A stretch of 63,458 nucleotides of DNA, filler included, from Octopus bimaculoides (taxonomy: Eukaryota): assembly GCF_001194135.2 (NCBI RefSeq). It is 6 parts of 5 records of this genome, joined end to end, with 100 filler letters (N's around TTAATTAATTAA, not from the genome) between each part and the next. Parts side by side here need not be neighbours in the genome. Positions count along the whole stretch, not along the records: positions 1 to 21,531 come from NC_068984.1; positions 21,632 to 36,916 come from NC_069001.1; 4 more parts are not named here. One strand, 5' to 3'. The position numbers and the translations under genes are program-made. Shown in pieces: positions 12,852-25,030 of the stretch (within the stretch, counting starts at the first letter, position 1; every line of letters begins with the position of its first letter). Under the pieces are notes generated by a model that saw only the letters and a list, made by a program, of their open reading frames with translations, made no database searches and was not told the DNA's origin.

Positions 12852-13800
12852 TATGTATAAAAACAGGAGACTGGAAAATTTTATCTCCTGTTTTGGAATT
12901 ATTACTTAGCAAAAAGTATTTCCCAGTATGTTCAACTCAGACAATTATAACATCTACATACGGATTTGGAATACGGAAATAAAGAATCCTATCTATCTAC
13001 ACACACACACACACCCACACACACTTTCTTCTTCTTCTTCTTCTTCCTCCTCCTTTTTTCCTCCTCCTCCGCCTTCTTGTCCCCCTCCTCCTTCTTCTTT
13101 CCAATTTCTTTCTTCTTCTTTCTCTATTCGTTCACCGTCTCCCTTTGTCCCACTCTCCCTTCTTAATTTCTCACTCTCCTCTGCCTACACCCTTTCCCTC
13201 TCTTTCTGTCTTTTCTTCTTCTTCTTCACCTCGTTTTCATCTTCTCCTTCTCATCTTCAATTCAATTTCTCTTCTCCTCCTCTTTATCTTTCTTCACCTT
13301 CTTCATTATCATTCATCAAATTAGCTTCATCTTAGTCGAGCCCCCACCACCCACAATCTTATCCCCACCCCCTACTTCTACATCCTTACTGCCACCATCT
13401 CCCACCGACACCTTCCCACCCGACAACTACCCCTATTTCTCTATCGCCTTCATTCCCTCCCTACCCATTTACCCACTCACCTCTGCACCCGAGTAACCAC
13501 CAACGAATCTATATACACACCCACACACGTATTCAACAACCTACCCATCCATCTTTACACACAAATATACACCCACCCTGCACCTACACACATACCCACA
13601 ATTCTTCATACCCTCCAATCCACGCACCTCCCTACCACTCACCTCTTGACATACCCGCCTTCTCATCGACTCACCTTGTACCCATCGTTTCCCCATTTTT
13701 CCTTCACATTCTCAAACGCATACACACATATACACACAAGTATAAACACATACATATGCACACACGGAGGCACACATATACATGCATACACGGGCGTTCG

Positions 13801-13840
<40 letters not shown>

Positions 13841-13854
13841 AATATTTGCATTCT

Positions 13855-14170
13855 TTTTATTCTTTTATTTGCTTCAGTCATTTCACTGCGGCCATGCTGG
13901 AGCGCTGCCTTTAGTGGAGCAAATCGACCCCAGGACTTATTCTTTGTAAGCCTAGTACTTATTCTATCGGTGTCTTTTGCTGAACCGCTAAGGTACGGGG
14001 ACGTAAACACACCAACATCGGTTGTCAGGCGATGGTGGGGGTGGGGACAAACAAACACACAAGCATATATACATATATACGATGGCCTTCTTTCAGTTTC
14101 CGTCTACCAAATCCACTCACAAGGCTTTGGTCGGCCCGAAGCCATAGTAGAAGGCACTTGTCCAAGGTGC
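13855..14170 (-). mobile_element. SINE family C
   Basis: High identity to the other family C copies. Confidence 0.85.
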
Positions 14171-14327
14171 CAAAACAATTTTACATTAATCTGATGGATC
14201 ACTCTATACTTTTGTAGAGTAGAAATTTATTAATTCTATTATTGACAGTGACTTCGAAGCTTCGGTCAATTAAGTCATCGTCCGACACACACACTCACAC
14301 ATACACATATGTTCGTATACACACATA

Positions 14328-14646
14328 CGGTGGCAGACAGTCTAAAAATATTGGTTGCCAAGAGACTAAGGGGGCCCACCCGCAACTTCAAGGTGGCCCA
14401 CCCGCAACTACAATGCTATCATTTAAGTTTGTTTTTTTTTGTTTTGTTAAAAGTATTCTTTTTAACTATCTACAAACACAGCCAAGCTGAAATAATTAAT
14501 GCAAACTTCCAGGAGTGAATACAAAATTCTCAAACTTAAGGGGCTGGGCCCCTTAGATACTAACACGGGCCCCCATATATGGATTCTAATGGCGCAGGGG
14601 CCCACTTGCCATCGGGCAAGCTGGTAACCTCTCCAGTCCGCCACTG
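14328..14646. mobile_element. Putative hAT-type MITE (~320 bp)
   Basis: Imperfect TIRs cggtggcagacag / cagtccgccactg (10/13), subterminal GGGCCC motifs, and flanking 8-mers cacacata / cacacatg (possible TSD, but in a CA-rich context). Confidence 0.55.
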
Positions 14647-14856
14647 CACACATGCAATATACACAGAGGCACACACTTACATACATACACACGCACACAT
14701 AGACACGCGCGCGCAAACACAGAAGTACGACCAGCTAAACGTTTACTATACGTATAAGCTTACACTCACTCAATGACTGCCGTCCCGAGTGCTAACTCGT
14801 ACTAACACAACACACACTTAAACATGCATTCATTGATATCACTAACACTCACAAAG

Positions 14857-14912
<56 letters not shown>

Positions 14913-15287
14913 NNNNNNNNNNNNNNNNNNNNNNNNNNNNNNNNNNNNNNNNNNNNNNNNNNNNNNNNNNNNNNNNNNNNNNNNNNNNNNNNNNNNNNNN
15001 NNNNNNNNNNNNNNNNNNNNNNNNNNNNNNNNNNNNNNNNNNNNNNNNNNNNNNNNNNNNNNNNNNNNNNNNNNNNNNNNNNNNNNNNNNNNNNNNNNNN
15101 NNNNNNNNNNNNNNNNNNNNNNNNNNNNNNNNNNNNNNNNNNNNNNNNNNNNNNNNNNNNNNNNNNNNNNNNNNNNNNNNNNNNNNNNNNNNNNNNNNNN
15201 NNNNNNNNNNNNNNNNNNNNNNNNNNNNNNNNNNNNNNNNNNNNNNNNNNNNNNNNNNNNNNNNNNNNNNNNNNNNNNNNNNNNNNN

Positions 15288-15350
<63 letters not shown>

Positions 15351-15714
15351 CCACACATGAAGTTATTGTCACGGTAAAGCTGTCACGCTGGTCTCGTTCC
15401 AGTTAACCGCCGCCATTTGCTCACGGCTTATTTGTGTGACATATGGCAACTCCTCGCGCTATCTGATCGACTCCCAACGCAGAAACAACGCCGTCTACAC
15501 CATCACACAGAACGATATAAAAATAACAATAATAACAACAATAAAAGAGTAGTGGCGGGTTCTATTGGGGTTGCTATGTGTGTATGAATGAATAAATTTA
15601 CGAATGAATGAGTGACTGACGGGATAGATAGCGAGATGGCTGGTTGGCTGGTTGGTTGGGTTGATGGAAAACAGAAAGGAACCACTGTAGTGAGCATGGT
15701 CTAAAGCACGGATT

Positions 15715-15920
15715 ACTCTTTTACTCTTCTACTTGTTTCAGTCATTTGAATGCGGCCATGCTGGAGCACTGCCTTTATAGTCGAGTAAATCGACCCCAGA
15801 ACTTATTCTTTGTAAGCCCGAGGCTATATTAAAAGACACTTGCCCAAGGTGCCACGCAGTGGGACTGAACCCGGGACCATGTGGTTGGTAAGCAAGCTAC
15901 TTACCACACAGCCACTCCTG
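15715..15920 (-). mobile_element. SINE family C, internally deleted
   Basis: Tail joined directly to the head at ttgtaagccc|gaggctata; the central part is missing. Confidence 0.8.
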
Positions 15921-16074
15921 CTCCTTTTTTCTCAACCCTTTTTTTTTTATCTATGGACCCCTTTGATTACTATTTGATTCTGTTGGACTCCCAGAGATTG
16001 AATTCTGTAAAATGTTAGAAAAATAAATCTCGCTTTTTCTTGCTATACATAAGCAATATTTTTTTTCATTTACC

Positions 16075-16513
16075 TTTAGGATGAAAGGCAAAGTTGACTT
16101 CGGTGGGATTTGAACTCAGAACGTAAAGATAAACGAAATACCTATTTCTTTACTACCCACAAGGGGATACACACAGAGGGGACAAATACGGACAGACAAA
16201 CGGATTAAGTCGATTATATCGACCCCAGTGCGTAACTGGTACTTATTTAATCGACCTCGAAAGGATGAAAGGCAAAGTCGACCTCGGCGGAATTTGAACT
16301 CAGAACGTAGTGACGGGCGAAATACCGCTAAGCATTTCGCCCGGCGTGCTAACGTTTCTGCCAGCTCGCCGCCTTTGAATAATAAATATTCTTTTCTACT
16401 CTAGGCACCAGGCCCGAAATGTTTGGAGAGGGAGCCAGTCGATTAGATCAACTCCAGTACGCAACTGGTAATTAATTTATTGACCCCCAAAGGATGAAAG
16501 GCAAAGTCGACCG
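16075..16513 (-). mobile_element. Cluster of three SINE family A copies
   Basis: atgaaaggcaaagt(c/t)gac occurs at 16081, 16265 and 16495. Confidence 0.85.
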
Positions 16514-16937
16514 TGGATCATCTCAAACGACCCTTTACGCGGTGCAGCAGAGCCAATTCATGGCTTCAAACTCGTTCCCCTTTATCAATTTGGTTTCACT
16601 CAGTACGAACAAGCTGGTCCATAGATTTCATACTCTACATTTATTCGAACACGCGCAGACGAAAATATGTTAACTTTCGGATCATATCTACGATTATCTC
16701 CCTTCTCTCGCCCCTATATTTCTTTCGTCTCTCTTAATATATCTCCCATCTCGGTCGTCCTGATTTTTTCCATTTTCTTTCTCAGAATTTAAATTCATAT
16801 TTGACACTTTTTAGATCGTTTCTATCCTATGCTCAGTATTTATGACTAACGCCTTCTCTCAAACTTAGATCTGATTCAGATATTTCAAGTTTAAATTCGC
16901 CATAAATAACAAATATTTTTTCCGCTCTCCACCTCTC

Positions 16938-16980
<43 letters not shown>

Positions 16981-17096
16981 ACTATCTATCTATCGGTCTG
17001 ACTGTCTAACTCTCTGTCTCTCTATCTTTCTGTCTGTATAATTGTCTGAAGATCGACAGATATACAGACAGACAAATAGATAGATACACATACACA

Positions 17097-17151
<55 letters not shown>

Positions 17152-17204
17152 GAGAAAGAGAGATAAACATTGCGACGCTTTTGTTCAAGAATCTGAACGA
17201 ACAC

Positions 17205-17345
17205 ACCAAACCTTACTCATCGGCCAAGCTCTCGCAGACATGTTTAAGTTCCACTTGCAAAGGAGAGTGAAAGTGGAGAGAGAAGTGTTACCTCCCAGTG
17301 AATTTATGGAAAGATAGGTGACCGTGGTAAAAATGGTTTGAGGGA
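17205..17345 (+). mobile_element. Tx1/L1-like LINE 3' ORF fragment
   Basis: QTLLIGQALADMFKFHLQRRVKVEREVLPPSEFMER*VTVVKMV resembles Tx1-type ORF2 C-termini. Confidence 0.55.
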
Positions 17346-17987
17346 ATGGTCCTATTCTCTCTAAGAATGCTCTTCTAGATTCGTGAGATGTGTTAACAAA
17401 CAAAAGCAACACTCACTCTCTACGCGCGATTAAACTCAGAAATGTTGTGAGGAACTCATTGACCCAATTTGTTGGCTTTTCCGATGGCATTCAGGTGTCG
17501 ATGAATGGTTGAATGACCAAATCCAAGCTTCTCTGCTAGTTCCTCAACATTTACGATGGGATTTTATTCCACCATAGTTTGTAGGACGTCCTCGTCGAGC
17601 TCTACAGATCTTCCAGGACGAGGTTCGTCTTCTAGGTTGTAGTTTCCGGATCGGAGTTTCTAGAGCCACCGTTGACACTGGCTTACGCTTATTGTCCAAT
17701 CCCCATTTACTGCAATAATATTTCTCGCACTTTCCGTTGCGTTGTTGCCTTTATTGAACTCAAAGCAAAATATGCCGAATACGCTTCTTTGTCTCTTCCA
17801 TTATAGCTTTAAAAACATAACTGTTAAAATAAAACTGCACTCTTCAAAACTTGCACTAAGAACAAGTATAAAGGTAAAATTACTACCTGCTTTTATTGCA
17901 AGTTGATGCAGGTAGTTTATTCCGTTCCCCTCCAACTTTTAGTTCATGCAATTGAAAAAATCGCATTATTTATGGGAAGACCCAATA
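17345..17987 (-). mobile_element. Decayed, truncated mariner transposon (5' TIR + N-terminal transposase)
   Basis: Reverse strand begins TATTGGGTCTTCCCATAAATAATGCG (mariner-type TIR + TA). ATG at 17801; with stops/frameshifts it reads MEETKKRIRHILL..EFNKGNNATESARNI..SGNYNLEDEPRPGRSVELDEDVL..NVEELAEKLGFGHSTIHRHL..KLGQ*VPHN. Confidence 0.88.
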
Positions 17988-18109
17988 TGTATGTACGTAT
18001 GTATGTATGTATGTATGTATGTATGTATGTATGTATGTGTGTATGTATGTATGTATGTATGTATTATGTATGCACGCATATCTATGTGTGTGTGGTTTTG
18101 TTTTTGTGT

Positions 18110-18300
18110 ATCTGCATTTGTCCCCCCCCACCCAACATCGCTTGACAACCGACGCTAGTACGTTTACGTCCCCGTAACTTAGCAGTTCGGCAAAACAGAC
18201 CGATAGATTAAGTACTAGACCTACAAAGAATAAGTCCTGGGGTCAATTTGCTCAACTAAAAAGGTGTTGCTCCAGCATGGCCACAATCAAATGACTAAAG
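18110..18300 (+). mobile_element. SINE family C tail half
   Basis: caacatcgcttgacaaccga..aataagtcctggggtc..ctccagcatggcc. Confidence 0.8.
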
Positions 18301-18308
18301 GAATAACA

Positions 18309-18353
<45 letters not shown>

Positions 18354-19210
18354 NNNNNNNNNNNNNNNNNNNNNNNNNNNNNNNNNNNNNNNNAAAGGGT
18401 AAAGGTTTATCAATTTATTAATTTATTAATAAATCAACAATTAATAATTTTTACCAAGCCCTTCGGTATGTAAACACCATTATCGGTGGAGAACTTATTT
18501 AAAAGTTCCTATACATTTATAAACATAATTAAGGGATCAGCAAGCATTTGCTTTACCACATACCGAAGTTCAGAAATAGCAGCTAAAAAAGCTAAGACTC
18601 CAACAGATAGCATTACTTGTAACTCACGAAGGCAAAAACAAGAAGAAAAAATCAATGAAAACTAACCATTTAAAGTTAATCATAGACGCGTTTCTGGATT
18701 ATGAGTGATAATACTCAATTTCCTTCATCGGTATGATTTCTACACATATGCATTTATCTGTCTATGTATAATTGTGTCTGTATGTGTTTCCATACGCTAT
18801 ATGAAACCATTGTTTCTCCTTCCAAAGCTCATTCTTGTTTTAACTCTTCCCCGCCATTTCCCTCCCCCCTTCACAGTTCTTCTCTCCCGTTATCCTTATT
18901 TAATTTTTATTGAAATGTTTTTAATTTATCTTCTTTCTTTTTTTTGTTTTGTTTTCTTTTGTCCAGTCTGCACCCTTATTTATCATTGCACCTCTATTCA
19001 GCCCCTTCTTCCTTCTGTCATGTTAATTCCATCCAAATCTCTTCCCTATTTAAAAATTATATACGACTCTTTAGAAATATGTCTCCGTCGCTCACTTGTC
19101 TTGATGCGCCATACGTTTCGATTCTTTTGACAATGTCTGTATTGTCCTTCTTCTCTGTCTGTCTGTCTGTCTGTCCGTCTCTCTCTCTCTCTCTCTCTCT
19201 TTCTCTTTCC

Positions 19211-19242
<32 letters not shown>

Positions 19243-20221
19243 GTCCCCCTTTGTCTCTCTCTGTCTCTCTGCCTGTTTTTCTGCCTCTCCCTCTAGTTCT
19301 ATATTCTATTATAAAGCATGTCACTTCATAATAAAAATAATGATGATGATGAGGAGGAGGAGGAGGAGGGGGNNNNNNNNNNNNNNNNNNNNNNNNNNNN
19401 NNNNNNNNNNNNNNNAGGAGGAGGTGGTGGAGGAGTAGGAGGAGTAGGAGGAGGAGGAGAAAGATGGTGATGAGGAAGCGGATGAAGATGGGGATGATTA
19501 TAATATTAACCACTACCACCAATAACAACAACAAAAGAATAATAAAGAAAAGCAATAGTAAAAGAAGAAGAAGAAGAAGAAGAAGAAGAAGAAGAAGAAG
19601 AAGAAGAAGAAGAAGAACAAGAACAAGAACAAGAACAAGAACAAGAAGAAGAACAAGAACAAGAAGCTGCTCGTTTTCTAAATTCAATCTACCTCCTTCG
19701 CCCTTATTTAAATCCCACAACAAATCCAGCTTCAACATTTGTTGGGATTTTATCGGATTTGTCCCCACACCTTTTGACCCCTATTTTAATGGTACTGTCC
19801 TGGGTCTATAGTCACTTCCCGACAGGCATTGCGCCAACTCGAATCTTATTCATTCATTACTGAACGCCACGAAGCCGGACCACGACGAGACGAGGGCGAT
19901 TTGAGAAAATAATTATTAATTTTTAAGTCGTTTGTTTATTTTGGCAGTCGATTTGATTGAAAACATGGCTGATGTCATTAAAATATGAAACACAACAAAT
20001 GTTGCATATTCGAGATGAGTTTTCTGTTCTTCCACACGTCGAGATTCAGCTTCAGGCGAGGCACGATTGTAATTTGGATGACACTGCCGATTGACGCCAT
20101 TTTACTTCACTGGCTAATCACCAAGAAGCCCCACCCTACAGAGAGACAGCCATGCCTCCCACTCTAGAGTAACCATTTCCTCTCAGCTATAAAGCAACAA
20201 ATATTTTACCTGTTTCCCTCA

Positions 20222-20400
20222 TTAGACTGCGGCCATGTTGTGGCACCGTCTTGAATGAATGGACCCCAGTCTTTTTTTTAGAAGCCAGATACTTATTCTC
20301 TCGTTCTCTATTTGCCGAACCGCTAATTTATGGAGAAGTAAAAAAAAAACCCAATGGCGGTTGTCAAGTGATGGTGGAGGACAAACACGACAGACACAAG
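20222..20400 (-). mobile_element. SINE family C tail half
   Basis: gactgcggccatg..gccgaaccgctaa..ggttgtcaag. Confidence 0.7.
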
Positions 20401-20563
20401 GAGACACCCACTAACACAACACGCACTTAAACACACATGCATTCATTTGATATCACTAACACTCACAAAGGCACACACACACACACGCATACATATATAT
20501 ATTCCTCTTGCATTCTTGGCCAAGATAGGATCCTATTCTTGTTCACTAAAATTTTTTCCTAGC

Positions 20564-20806
20564 ATGCCTGTATTAATTTTGTGATTCTTCTGTGGCCTAG
20601 AAGTATTTTGACTTCTATTTTTAGCGAAGTAGGTGCTCATGTAGTACCCTGACTTCTATTTTTAGCGAAGTAGGTGCTCACGTAGTACCCTAGTATATAT
20701 ATATATATATATATATACTAGGGTACTACATGAGCACCTACTTCGATAAAAATAGAAGTCAAAATACTTCTAGGCCACAGAAGAATCACAAAATTAATAC
20801 AGGCAT
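20564..20806. repeat. Long near-perfect inverted repeat centred on (TA)n, with a 41-bp tandem duplication in the left arm
   Basis: 20564-20650 is the reverse complement of 20720-20806 with one mismatch. 20651-20691 duplicates 20610-20650. Confidence 0.95.
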
Positions 20807-21531
20807 ATATATATACTATTACATTATTAATTTGCCTGTACGGCTTATACTCGCAACCACCAACGATATTATTTCTTAGAAATATTATCGTTCTCATATT
20901 TATTGTTAAATTATTATTTTATTTTTATTCTATATATATATATGTATATATATATACATCGTTGCTATTATGCAAAAGTGTCGGAAGTCCAAAACGTTGC
21001 TATTTCAGAAAACGAAAAAATAGTTTTCCCATCCCATAGCAAAACCGTTCTACTACACTTAAACAATTTTTGATATCTTGGCATCTGAAGCAGCTGGAGA
21101 TACGATAGTTTCACCAAATAACCGGCTATTGCAAGCAAAAATAAATATTGAAAAAAAAAAAAAAAGAAACGTATTTGGCCAAATTGGGACATACGACAGT
21201 GTAATATAATAGCAACGATATATATATATACATATATATTTGTACATTTATATATGTATATATGTATGTATACGTATACACAAGCTTAAAAAATCGGTAA
21301 AATGAAACACAGACTTAAATAATTAACGAGGTCGATGTATGATCGATTGGAAACTTCGAATGATTTATTCCATAGTAATGGCAATCCAGTGACTGAGACT
21401 ACATGTATGCACAGACACACACAGATCCGCAAACACAGAAACACACACGCAGACATGCACGCTCACACTCACACACTCACCCCCACACTTCTGCTTATTT
21501 ATACATATATATATATATATACATATATATA

Positions 21532-21631
21532 NNNNNNNNNNNNNNNNNNNNNNNNNNNNNNNNNNNNNNNNNNNNTTAATTAATTAANNNNNNNNNNNNN
21601 NNNNNNNNNNNNNNNNNNNNNNNNNNNNNNN
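21532..21631. other. Artificial assembly join: 44 N + TTAATTAATTAA + 44 N
   Basis: Exactly 100 positions; linker at 21576-21587; identical to four other spacers. Confidence 0.95.
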
Positions 21632-21672
<41 letters not shown>

Positions 21673-21719
21673 CATAGACTTTGTCACTCTTAACGCCTGT
21701 ATATACCGAAAATGTAATT

Positions 21720-22200
21720 TCCTCAAATACAGTGCACTTCATATTCAAGGGTCCGATGAAGCTATTGGATGTTATCCGGGTACTCAGCTAAGAGTCCACT
21801 ACGTTTTGCCGATTGAACACTATAAAATATCAAAGTTTGATGAGGAAATGTTTCCGGATCAAACCGAAGAAATCCTTAGCAACAATACAGCTTTTCGCAT
21901 CAAGGTTATATGAAGCACTGAACCAGATTATATAACAATTTGCAGCCTCAGTTTTTTTTTTATTTGGTTTTCTTCTTTTTTTCTTCTTATAAAAAGGAGT
22001 GTTCAAGTTTCGGATTAGCTTAATTGTTATTCTCTAATTTCACCATTCTCTCCCACCGAAACAAAATGTCGAACAATAAAATTAATCTTGTATTCATGTG
22101 CGACTATGCGTTTGTGGATGTGTAGGAGGGGTGTAGGGGTTTTGGGGTGTAATTGTAACTGCATGTCTGAAAAAGATTAGATTTCATGTTAAGAAAAGAG
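21720..22200 (-). mobile_element. Possible highly decayed Penelope-like element fragment
   Basis: IIWFSASYNLDAKSCIVAKDFFGLIRKHF..VFNRQNV resembles the Penelope motif IIWFNPPYS..VKTN.GK.FL.LI.KHF..IFNRN. Confidence 0.4.
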
Positions 22201-22767
22201 AAAATAGTTTATCAGGCAGCGCATGGCAAGGTTGAAGAAATTATCAGCAAGATTTCAATTCTCCGTGTTTTCTTGTAGATTAGAAGGAATTCAGGGTGAT
22301 TCATTGAAAATAGCGCGTCGAAGATTACTAAAGATCTCTGTTTTACAGTGATAAGAACTGTCACAGTGTAGGTAGAATCTTCGAGAAGGTGAGCGAGCGT
22401 GGGTGTAGGTGAGGAGGTTTGTTCTATGTGGACGATCTCTTTGCAACAAACGGCAGCCAAATTACCCTCAAGTTGCACCACACTCATACTCAGATGCAGA
22501 CATATATAGTCACATGCACGCACACACACACACATGCACATACCTATATGAGGAGAGAGAAGTGAATGTGTCTTTGTACTCAAATGTAAAACGCTGCATC
22601 GAGGTGCTTCTCTTCAGGTAAGTAGAGATGAACATGATATATTCGAGGCCAATATAAAAGTACTGAACTGCAGTCAAGCTGGAGCAAGGACACCGCCATC
22701 ATGTAGAGCTTCTATCGTATTATATCGACCACTTGTACCGTCTGCTTTTTACCTCTTTATCGATTTA

Positions 22768-23295
22768 TACGAGGCGGTACTCAAAAGTAACCGAAAACGT
22801 TCTCTGTGGGACAAACCCCTTGTAGATCAGACTTCCTCCGCTAGAAGCCACTTGATGCGACCCTCAGTTCTCGTACTTCAAAAAGCTTCACAAGCACTCT
22901 GCCATGAGCAAAACACAAGTTTACGAGTTGTTTTCACACTTTAGGAATGGTCACTTGTCGCTTGGGGACCAACCTCGTCCAGGGCGACCGTCGACCTCTC
23001 AAATGCATGAAAACATCACGAAAATTCATAAACCGATCTTGGAGAACGGTCACCAAACAATTGACGGAATTGTTATGACTGGTGTGCCCTTGAGCTGCTG
23101 ACAACGAACTTTGAGCGAGGAGGAATTGTGCATGAAAAGAGTTGCAGCAAACTTTGTGCCTCGCTTGCTCAGGGAAAAAAACAAAAGCAGTCACGACTGA
23201 ATGCGTATTGTGAACTGAAAGAACAATTGGAAGTTGATCCGGACCTTTTTCAGGGGTCATCACTGGTGATGAAAGCTGGGGCTACGGAATTTGTA
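22768..23295 (+). mobile_element. Decayed, 3'-truncated mariner transposon
   Basis: Starts TA-CGAGG. Fragments MSKTQVYELFSHFRNGHLSLGDQPRPGRPSTS, MKRVAANFVPRLL and VITGDESWGYG (first catalytic Asp motif). Confidence 0.88.
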
Positions 23296-24539
23296 GATGT
23301 GGAAGAGATGAAGAAGACAAAAAGAAAAAAAAAACCACTGAGGCATTAAAAGGCATCACTTCGCAAGAGTTCCAGCTCTGTTTCGAATAGTGGAAAGCCC
23401 ATCCAGACTGAAGTATTGTCTCAAATGAAAGAATACTTTGAAGGGGATAAAAGTGTAAACATGTAAAACTAGGTGAATTAAAGAATACACACACACACAC
23501 ACACACACANNNNNNNNNNNNNNNNNNNNNNNNNNNNNNNNNNNNNNNNNNNNNNNNNNNNNNNNNNNNNNNNNNNNNNNNNNNNNNNNNNNNNNNNNNN
23601 NNNNNNNNNNNNNNNNNNNNNNNNNNNNNNNNNNNNNNNNNNNNNNNNNNNNNNNNNNNNNNNNNNNNNNNNNNNNNNNNNNNNNNNNNNNNNNNNNNNN
23701 NNNNNNNNNNNNNNNNNNNNNNNNNNNNNNNNNNNNNNNNNNNNNNNNNNNNNNNNNNNNNNNNNNNNNNNNNNNNNNNNNNNNNNNNNNNNNNNNNNNN
23801 NNNNNNNNNNNNNNNNNNNNNNNNNNNNNNNNNNNNNNNNNNNNNNNNNNNNNNNNNNNNNNNNNNNNNNNNNNNNNNNNNNNNNNNNNNNNNNNNNNNN
23901 NNNNNNNNNNNNNNNNNNNNNNNNNNNNNNNNNNNNNNNNNNNNNNNNNNNNNNNNNNNNNATATATATATATATATATATATACGTGTGTATGCATGTA
24001 TTTGTATGTGTGTGTGTGTGTGTATGCAAAGGTAATATAATTACAAAACGAAAATAGACAGGCAAAAAGTAAAGTAAAACAAAAATATGGTGCATGAAAT
24101 AGATAGGGAGAAAAATCATGATAGATTCATGATTCTATAGATAATTGATTTATCGATCTTGAAAACTACTAAACCAATAGATTTTAGAGTGAATCTTGCT
24201 CCTTCCATTAAGATAACCCGATACTCCTATATTTTCCTTTGCTTAATATTTATTTACAGCTTAGTGAAGGAATAAAGAGCAACGCCCTTGGCATTTGGAC
24301 GGGTGCCTCCAAGACTGGTGGTTGGGCCACATATACAACCATGCACGGATTTTCTAGAGGAACGCTAAACCCTACAGATAAAACTATCGAGTGATCTTGT
24401 CATCGAAGACCTGAGGTTCCAGTGGTTCAGTACAAAATACTGATCATTTTTGTATTCTCTTATTCTCGCATGAGAGAAATAGGGTTTCGAAAATTCGGCC
24501 CTTTCGTAATTCGACCTTTAGTAACTCTTTTGTCACATG

Positions 24540-25030
24540 ATTATTATTCATTATTTGACCCCCTTTTCCCAGATGGAAGAAATAGGGCTTCGAAAATACG
24601 AGCTTTATATTATTCAGTCTTTAGTAGCTCTCCCTGTCCATTATCCCATGCAATATCCATTCCTCTCAGCTCACTTTCTCTTGTCTCCCGCCAGGCCGCC
24701 CACTATGGACTCCCATTGGAGTCTATATTGATACTATCATTGGCATCTTATTCTGCTCCATTCCAAGCGTGACCTGACTATCTAAACCACCCGAATTCTA
24801 TGTCAAAGACATTATTTCAACCAAATTTGCACTATAGTTCTTCATTTAACAGTTTTGGGAACCAGTAGATGCAACAAATATTCGTCAGGCACCTCATGTG
24901 GAATGCGTCGACCATATTTATCGTATTTGATGGCATAAAAACCCACCTGCATATCAGAGGCAGCCAAATTCCAACAGCACGTATTCATAACAAAGTAAGC
25001 GTTAGGGACAAAATTAACTAATGGGAGGCC
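24540..25030 (-). mobile_element. Decayed RTE-clade LINE, 3' end
   Basis: Reverse-strand fragments MVDAFHMRCLTNIC..LNEE, GH..GMEQNKMPMIV..GRPGGR and ESELRGMDIAWDNGQ match conserved post-RT motifs of RTE elements. Confidence 0.75.

Noticed and set aside
17214-17241. ATG..MSARAWPM|gtaag as a PRDM8 first exon
   Set aside because: Phase-1 donor is incompatible with the phase-0 acceptor at 7853, and it lies antisense within a Tx1-like LINE fragment.
19046-19811. 240-aa poly-Leu and 115-aa poly-Arg ORFs
   Set aside because: Translations of (AAG)n/(GAG)n microsatellites.
21059-21130. RLFGETIVSPAASDAKISKIV* after an acceptor-like site, as a possible last LBD exon of the receptor
   Set aside because: Only superficial similarity to RFGKLLL or LFF.ETIG; no AF-2 helix motif.
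24260-24370. Plus-strand acceptor + LSEGIKSNALGIWTGASKTGGWATYTTMHGFLEER*, with a possible donor at ~22618
   Set aside because: Short, no recognisable homology, and embedded among TE remnants; cannot be supported without expression data.
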